Shown: piece by piece, positions 59,540 to 64,000 of the stretch
How positions within the stretch are numbered: position 1 is the stretch's first letter
Layout of the letters: each line of letters begins with the position of its first letter
Assembly: GCA_030690415.1 (NCBI GenBank)
Contig: JAUYGZ010000011.1
Span: forward strand, 6,269-70,268
DNA length: 64,000 nucleotides
Source: a bacterium
GTDB lineage: Bacteria; Patescibacteriota; Gracilibacteria; JAUYGZ01
Direction of reading: 5' to 3'
Notes under the pieces: model-generated
The model's input: the letters and a program-made list of their open reading frames with translations, nothing else
Databases searched by the model: none
What the model was told of the DNA's origin: nothing
Translations under genes and position numbers: made by a program

Positions 59540-59788
59540 ATGACCACCGCAAGTCCCCAACAACAGTCAAAAAAAAGGGTAATTTTCAACCTTCCTCTCG
59601 AGGTCGTTGAGCGTTTGGAAGCCATTCCAAGCGGAGACAGATCAACATTTGCTGCCGATGCCCTGATGCGACAGCTCAAGATCCAGGGGCGAATCGCATG
59701 GCTTAAAAAATTCAAACGTTCAGGCAAAGTGATCCCCATCAGACGAGACAAGGGTGGTTGGGGGGATGTAAAGCGAAATCAGTATTAG
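59540..59788 (+). CDS. Ribbon-helix-helix (CopG/VapB-like) antitoxin
   Basis: The 82-aa protein has KKRVIFNLPLEVVERLEAIPSGDRSTFAADALMRQL, an RHH beta-alpha-alpha pattern. It ends 12 nt before the PIN gene. Confidence 0.6.
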   Translation: MTTASPQQQSKKRVIFNLPLEVVERLEAIPSGDRSTFAADALMRQLKIQGRIAWLKKFKRSGKVIPIRRDKGGWGDVKRNQY

Positions 59789-59800
59789 TAAAGAAGAGGT

Positions 59801-60181
59801 ATGAAACTGCTCGACACTAATATTCTTATCTACGCCCTGAACCCGAAGAGCCCCCTCCACGAAAGGGCGCTATCGATTCTCTCGCAATCTGATCAAGAAT
59901 TTGCACTTTCCGCACTCAGCTACTTCGAAATTTTTCTAGGAGCCCTGAAGGAACACAGGGAACAGATTAGGTTTTTTTTGGACTATTATCACGTCTTCCG
60001 GGTTACTCCAGAGATCGCTTATCGAGGAGCTGTCCTCATGGTCGACCACAATAAATCATCCCGAAGTCTGAAAATCGATAGCCTCATCGCGGCAACAGCC
60101 ATGGAGCATGATGTGCCTTTCATGACAAACAACCCCAAGGATTTTGAATGGATCAAAGGACTGAAGGTCGAAAGTCTTTAG
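59801..60181 (+). CDS. vapC: PIN-domain ribonuclease toxin (VapC family)
   Basis: The protein has MKLLDTNILIYAL...E......DSLIAATAMEHDVPFMTNNPKDF. The acidic residues are in the canonical PIN order. Confidence 0.8.
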   Translation: MKLLDTNILIYALNPKSPLHERALSILSQSDQEFALSALSYFEIFLGALKEHREQIRFFLDYYHVFRVTPEIAYRGAVLMVDHNKSSRSLKIDSLIAATAMEHDVPFMTNNPKDFEWIKGLKVESL

Positions 60182-60266
60182 GCCAGCGTCATTTGACAAT
60201 AATAGACGTAATTCCCGCTTGACTCTGCTATTTCTCCCGCTAAGCTTCGGGCAAGTTCTCACGATT

Positions 60267-60332
60267 ATGAGCACCATTCAGAGTACCACCACCATTATCA
60301 CCACAACGACCACCGGGTCGCTGATGAGGTAG
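60267..60332 (+). CDS. Thr/Ile-rich leader peptide of the thrA attenuator (21 aa)
   Basis: The ORF is ATG AGC ACC ATT CAG AGT ACC ACC ACC ATT ATC ACC ACA ACG ACC ACC GGG TCG CTG ATG AGG TAG, which translates to MSTIQSTTTIITTTTTGSLMR*. It has 9 Thr and 3 Ile in 21 residues. Compare E. coli ThrL, [21 protein letters not shown]. Confidence 0.8.
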   Translation: MSTIQSTTTIITTTTTGSLMR

Positions 60333-60363
60333 TGTGTGATGACTGGCAGATCATGTCCCCCTA

Positions 60364-60390
60364 CTACCTCAGATGAGGTGGTTTTTTTTA
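60364..60390 (+). terminator. Attenuator terminator upstream of thrA
   Basis: ctacctc (60364-60370), loop agat, gaggtgg (60375-60381), then T8. The competing antiterminator pairs tgaggtagt (60325-60333) with actacctca (60363-60371) over 9 bp. Confidence 0.8.
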
Positions 60391-60410
60391 TCTTCTTAAT
60401 CTTTCTTCCC

Positions 60411-62882
60411 ATGAAAGTCCTGAAATTTGGAGGGACCTCTGTCGGTACTCCAGACGCGATCAGAAACGTTGCCACAATCGTTGAAAAGACTCAGCAGGGA
60501 AACGAAGATCCCATTGTCGTCGTCTGTTCGGCATTTTCTGAGGTGACGAACCAGTTGATCAAAGCAGCCAATCTGGCTAAAGACAATGATCAGGAATACA
60601 AAGGCCTTGTTTATCAGTTGGGGAAGCAACATCTGGATTCGATTGATCAGCTTTTTGAGGATCCTCAAGAAAAAAGAAAAGTTCAGGCTATTATTCTTAA
60701 AACCATCGAAGAGCTCGAAAGAAGCCTCAATGCCTGTGCGGAGCTGGGACAGCTGCCATCAGCCACTCACGATAAAATCCTTAGCTGTGGAGAGCGCCTT
60801 TCAACAAGCATCGTGGCTCACTATCTTCAGGAGAGAGGTCTTGAAGTAGCTTTTCTAGACGCAAGAAAAGTTATCAGAACCGATAAGAATCACGGAGACG
60901 CACAGGTGGACTTCGCCGTCACCAACAAGAACATTCAGCATTATATGGCGGAGCAGAGAGTTAAGATTCAAGTAGTAACCGGATTTATTGGGGCAACCGC
61001 CGACGGTCAGACGACGACCCTTGGAAGAGGCGGGTCAGACTACACCGCGACCATTTTTGGGGCGGCACTCGGTGTCGATCGGGTTGTTCTCTACAAGAAG
61101 GACGTAAACGGGGTCTGCACCGCAGATCCAAAAAGAGTGCCCAATGCGAAAGCCCTGATGGAAATGTCCTATAATGAAGCGGCGGCGCTCACAACACTTG
61201 GCGCGAAGGTTATCCATCCGGCAGCAATGGTCCCGGTTCAGGAGAAAAATATCCCTATTGAAATCAGGAACACCACGGACCTGGAAACTTCAGGAACATT
61301 AGTGTCTCGTGTCCCCGAGAAAAATGGCGATGTCGTGAAAGGGATAAGCTCTCTCGAAGAGGTGTCGTTGGTGACGCTCAAAGGGCCTGGGCTTAGGGGT
61401 GTTATAGGGACTTCAGCGAGGCTGTATGAGGCTTTGAGCAAATCGGGTGTGAATGTGATTCTGGCAGTACAAGACGCCTCAGAAAATAACATTTGCGTGG
61501 CGGTGAATCCAAGCGACGAGAAAAAAGCAAAGAAAGCCATTGAAGATGAGTTTTACCGAGAAGACCACCAAGGTCTCATGACAGTTGAATCGGAAGGAGA
61601 CTTTGCAATTATCTCTGTTGTTGGAGATGGGATGATAGGAACCCATGGCATGATGGGCCAATTCGCAACGGCGTTGGGCAACGCAGGGGTAAATATCCAT
61701 GCCGTAGCGCAAGGGTCTTCGGAAAACAGTATTTCAGCCGTGATCAAAAGACAAAAGTTGGATAAGGCTCTTCAGGCGGTCCATGATAAGTTTTTTGAAC
61801 ACATCCTTCGACTCTTTGTTGTTGGAGCCACGGGGAATATTGGGAAAACGCTGCTCGAACAAGTGAGAACAACAGTCGAGCAACTGTGGGTTCGAAACAA
61901 ACTCAAGATTGTATTGTCAGGGGTGGCCAGCAGTAAAAAGATGTTCTTAAATTCGCAGGGGATAGGCTTGAACGAATGGGAAAAGGCGCTTCTCACAAAA
62001 GGCGGGGAAATGAGCTTCACGAATTTTACTGAAAAGATGAAACAAATGGATCTTCCCAATGCAGTTTTTGTAGATTGCACTGCCGAAGAAACGATCACCG
62101 AGCTCTATGAATCAATCCTCCGTGCGAGCATTTCAATTGTGACGCCAAACAAGAAAGCCATGACGGGGGAATTAGAAAAATATAAGGGGCTCAAAAAAGC
62201 AGCAGAAGAGAAGAAAGTGGGCCTGCGCTTCGATACTACTGCAGCAGCGGGTCTCGGCGTGATTAGCAGAATCAAGGAATTGAGGGATCAGGGAGATCAG
62301 ATTAATCGCATCGAAGCCGTGCTCTCTGGGACGCTCAGTTATATCTTCAACACTTTTGACGGGACAAAACCCTTTAGTGAAGTGGTGAAAGAAGCCAAAC
62401 AAGCCGGGTACACGGAGTCAGATCCGCGCGACGATCTGAACGGAATGGATGTGGCACGAAAGATCCTCATATTGGCTCGCGAGAGTGGGTATGATCTAGA
62501 GCCAGGGAACATCCAAGTCCAAGGCCTTCTCAACGATGCATGTCATCAGGCAGGAAGCGTGGAAGAATTCTTCACAGAGCTGAAAAAAATGGACTCCCAT
62601 TTCGAAACAATGAGACTCAAGGCTGAACAAGAAGGAAAAGCACTTCGATATATTGCCCGTTTTAGCAAGGACGAGCAGAGTGCTAAGGTCGCTCTTGAGG
62701 CAGTTCCCAAAAATCACCCTTTTGCAGGACTTTCCGGCGCCGACAACAGCATTGCCATCAGTACGGAGTACTACGACGGCAATAGTCCGGACATCAAAAG
62801 AGGCCCAGGCGCAGGGAAAAGAGTGACCGCTGGTGGAGTCTACAATGATATAGTGAAGGTTGGATCTTCTCAGAAACAATGA
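60411..62882 (+). CDS. thrA: Bifunctional aspartokinase / homoserine dehydrogenase
   Basis: The protein reads MKVLKFGGTSVGTPDAIRNVATIV...GRGGSDYTATIFGAAL...DVNGVCTADPKRVPNAKAL.EMSYNEAAALT.LGAKVIHP. The C-terminal half has VVGATGNIGKTLL. It is 823 aa from the ATG at 60411; the track start (60336) overlaps the terminator. Confidence 0.93.
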   Translation: MKVLKFGGTSVGTPDAIRNVATIVEKTQQGNEDPIVVVCSAFSEVTNQLIKAANLAKDNDQEYKGLVYQLGKQHLDSIDQLFEDPQEKRKVQAIILKTIEELERSLNACAELGQLPSATHDKILSCGERLSTSIVAHYLQERGLEVAFLDARKVIRTDKNHGDAQVDFAVTNKNIQHYMAEQRVKIQVVTGFIGATADGQTTTLGRGGSDYTATIFGAALGVDRVVLYKKDVNGVCTADPKRVPNAKALMEMSYNEAAALTTLGAKVIHPAAMVPVQEKNIPIEIRNTTDLETSGTLVSRVPEKNGDVVKGISSLEEVSLVTLKGPGLRGVIGTSARLYEALSKSGVNVILAVQDASENNICVAVNPSDEKKAKKAIEDEFYREDHQGLMTVESEGDFAIISVVGDGMIGTHGMMGQFATALGNAGVNIHAVAQGSSENSISAVIKRQKLDKALQAVHDKFFEHILRLFVVGATGNIGKTLLEQVRTTVEQLWVRNKLKIVLSGVASSKKMFLNSQGIGLNEWEKALLTKGGEMSFTNFTEKMKQMDLPNAVFVDCTAEETITELYESILRASISIVTPNKKAMTGELEKYKGLKKAAEEKKVGLRFDTTAAAGLGVISRIKELRDQGDQINRIEAVLSGTLSYIFNTFDGTKPFSEVVKEAKQAGYTESDPRDDLNGMDVARKILILARESGYDLEPGNIQVQGLLNDACHQAGSVEEFFTELKKMDSHFETMRLKAEQEGKALRYIARFSKDEQSAKVALEAVPKNHPFAGLSGADNSIAISTEYYDGNSPDIKRGPGAGKRVTAGGVYNDIVKVGSSQKQ

Positions 62883-63367
62883 ACCCATCACAAACCACCA
62901 AAGACCTCCTCCACCAGCTCAGCATCGAATTTCAGGAGTTCACGCACCCACCCGTCTTCACCTGCGAAGAGGCCGAGCGCCTGTGCCCACCCATGCCCGG
63001 CAAAAAGAACAAAAACCTCTTTCTACGCGACGCGAAAGGGAAAAAATATTTTTTATTCAGCCTCGCCCAGGACAAACGACTCAGTATTCAGCAAATGGCC
63101 GATATCGCTGGAGAAAAGAGCCTGAGCTTCGCGTCGGAACGCCGCCTCAAAGAAGTTCTCGGGATAGAGCCTGGTTCGGTCGGAATCCTGGCCCTCATCA
63201 ATGACACTCAAAAACTAACGACGGTCTTTATTGACAGCGATCTTCTCGATCCAGAATGGTTCCAGTCCCATCCGCTGATCAATACGAGCACATGGTGTCT
63301 GAAGAGCGAAGACGTTCCCCGATTTTTATCGGCCACGGGGCATCACGTTATCATCATCGAAAACTGA
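62879..63367 (+). CDS. YbaK/ProX-type aminoacyl-tRNA trans-editing domain protein
   Basis: The 162-aa protein reads H.PVFTCEEAE.......GKKNKNLFLRDAKGKKYFL.SL..DKRLSIQQMADI.GEKSLSFAS.ERL.EVLGIEPGSVGILALIND. Its ATG overlaps the thrA stop (ATGA). Confidence 0.72.
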   Translation: MNPSQTTKDLLHQLSIEFQEFTHPPVFTCEEAERLCPPMPGKKNKNLFLRDAKGKKYFLFSLAQDKRLSIQQMADIAGEKSLSFASERRLKEVLGIEPGSVGILALINDTQKLTTVFIDSDLLDPEWFQSHPLINTSTWCLKSEDVPRFLSATGHHVIIIEN

Positions 63368-63415
63368 TGAGAGGTAAAAAAAGACCAAAAAAATCTCGTA
63401 TTCAAGACTAGAAAA

Positions 63416-63424
63416 TGCTATAAT
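63416..63424 (+). promoter_or_regulatory. Extended -10 element (TGcTATAAT) for the right-edge LamG gene
   Basis: tgctataat lies at 63416-63424, 28 nt upstream of the ATG at 63452. Confidence 0.45.
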
Positions 63425-63451
63425 GAACAGATGGTAAACATATAAAAAGCC

Positions 63452-64000
63452 ATGCCGTTCAAAAAAAACAATAAAAAAATAATCCGAGTCCTTGGCGCAT
63501 TGGCCGTGCCGACGCTTCTTGTTTCGCTTGGAATAGCATTCTTCAGCGAAGGGGGTTCACAGCTGGCAAAGAATTTCCTTTCTGCGGCGTTGGTTCCCGG
63601 CGACTTCACCATGCCGGCAAGCGAAGTCGAATATCGTACGGTAGAGACGACCTTCACTCCTCCCGGAGGATTCTCTGGCGCGGAGCATGAGGTATGGACA
63701 AAGAACGGTTCTCCGTACGCTGCAGCCCACTGGCCGATGAACTCCACTGGCCTTACTGATATTAGCGGCAATGGGAATAACAGTACCACGACGACAGGCA
63801 CGCCAACTTTCCGAACTGCCGCCAGTGGATTGTGTCTGTCCGGTTTTGGTGGTTGTTGGGACTTTGATGACGCCGTGTTTGAATACTTCACGATCCCCAC
63901 TTCTCCGACTCTGGCCTTCGCGGGATCATTTTCGATGTCCGCCTGGTTCAACAGTGACCAGGCCTTCGATGAGATTCGATCAGGATGGCATGGGATTGTG
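63452..64000 (+). CDS. Secreted LamG-type protein, 5'-partial in the window (183 codons, runs off the right edge)
   Basis: The protein starts MPFKKNNKKIIRVLGALAVPTLLVSLGIAFF (signal). It continues ...HWPMNSTGLTDISGNGNNSTTTTGTPTF...CWDFDDAVFEYFTIPTSPTLAFAGSFSMSAWF, the same N-edge pattern as the LamG modules of the giant gene. The frame is open to position 64000, so it is not in the track. Confidence 0.8.
   Translation, partial: MPFKKNNKKIIRVLGALAVPTLLVSLGIAFFSEGGSQLAKNFLSAALVPGDFTMPASEVEYRTVETTFTPPGGFSGAEHEVWTKNGSPYAAAHWPMNSTGLTDISGNGNNSTTTTGTPTFRTAASGLCLSGFGGCWDFDDAVFEYFTIPTSPTLAFAGSFSMSAWFNSDQAFDEIRSGWHGIV

Noticed and set aside
60193-60246. TTGACA (60193-60198) and TTGACT (60219-60224), considered as -35 boxes for the thr leader.
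   Set aside because: Neither has a convincing -10 hexamer at 16-18 nt. The best is TAAGCT, with 3 of 6 matches. I therefore left it uncalled.
63418-63951. A 177-aa minus-strand ORF at the right edge.
   Set aside because: It is antisense to a + strand frame that has a signal peptide and LamG N-edge motifs and is open to position 64000.

Overview
This window comes from a bacterium that uses the standard genetic code (TGA terminates rpsL). It carries housekeeping genes: fusA, grpE, hrcA, rpsL, rpsG, fmt, yebC, dnaK, thrA and a proX/ybaK-like gene. It also holds three stable RNAs that an ORF track cannot show: tmRNA at 24199-24651 (+), tRNA-Pro(GGG) at 45490-45566 (+) and RNase P RNA at about 59021-59423 (-). 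The load of surface and secreted proteins is heavy. The first 23.8 kb looks ORF-less in the track, but it is one uninterrupted minus-strand frame of at least 7,941 codons. It encodes a LamG/DUF2341/beta-helix-like surface giant whose stop lies beyond the left edge. A second LamG gene starts at 63452 and runs off the right edge. The most unusual gene is a 2,053-aa fusion (36521-42682, -). It joins an aminotransferase-fold region that keeps its PLP-site motifs to a PEPCK/HprK-like P-loop kinase region, and it is stop/start-coupled (TAATG) to a 169-aa ORF. Regulatory signals readable directly from the sequence:
- a perfect CIRCE operator on the dnaK promoter;
- an E. coli-style Thr/Ile leader peptide with terminator and antiterminator upstream of thrA;
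- several sigma70-like promoters and terminators;
- a vapBC-type toxin-antitoxin pair.

Non-genic structure includes:
- a family of 9-nt-periodic inverted repeats (GAYGATAAR / YTTATCRTC) that bridge a stop codon and the next start codon;
- heptamer expansions upstream of ssrA;
- a repeat-built structured element attached to the 3' end of tmRNA;
- a C-run/G-run mini-element inserted in frame in two unrelated genes;
- G-poor leaders without a Shine-Dalgarno sequence.

I found no CRISPR array, rRNA, transposase or integrase. All domain calls rest on motif recognition by eye; no searches were run.
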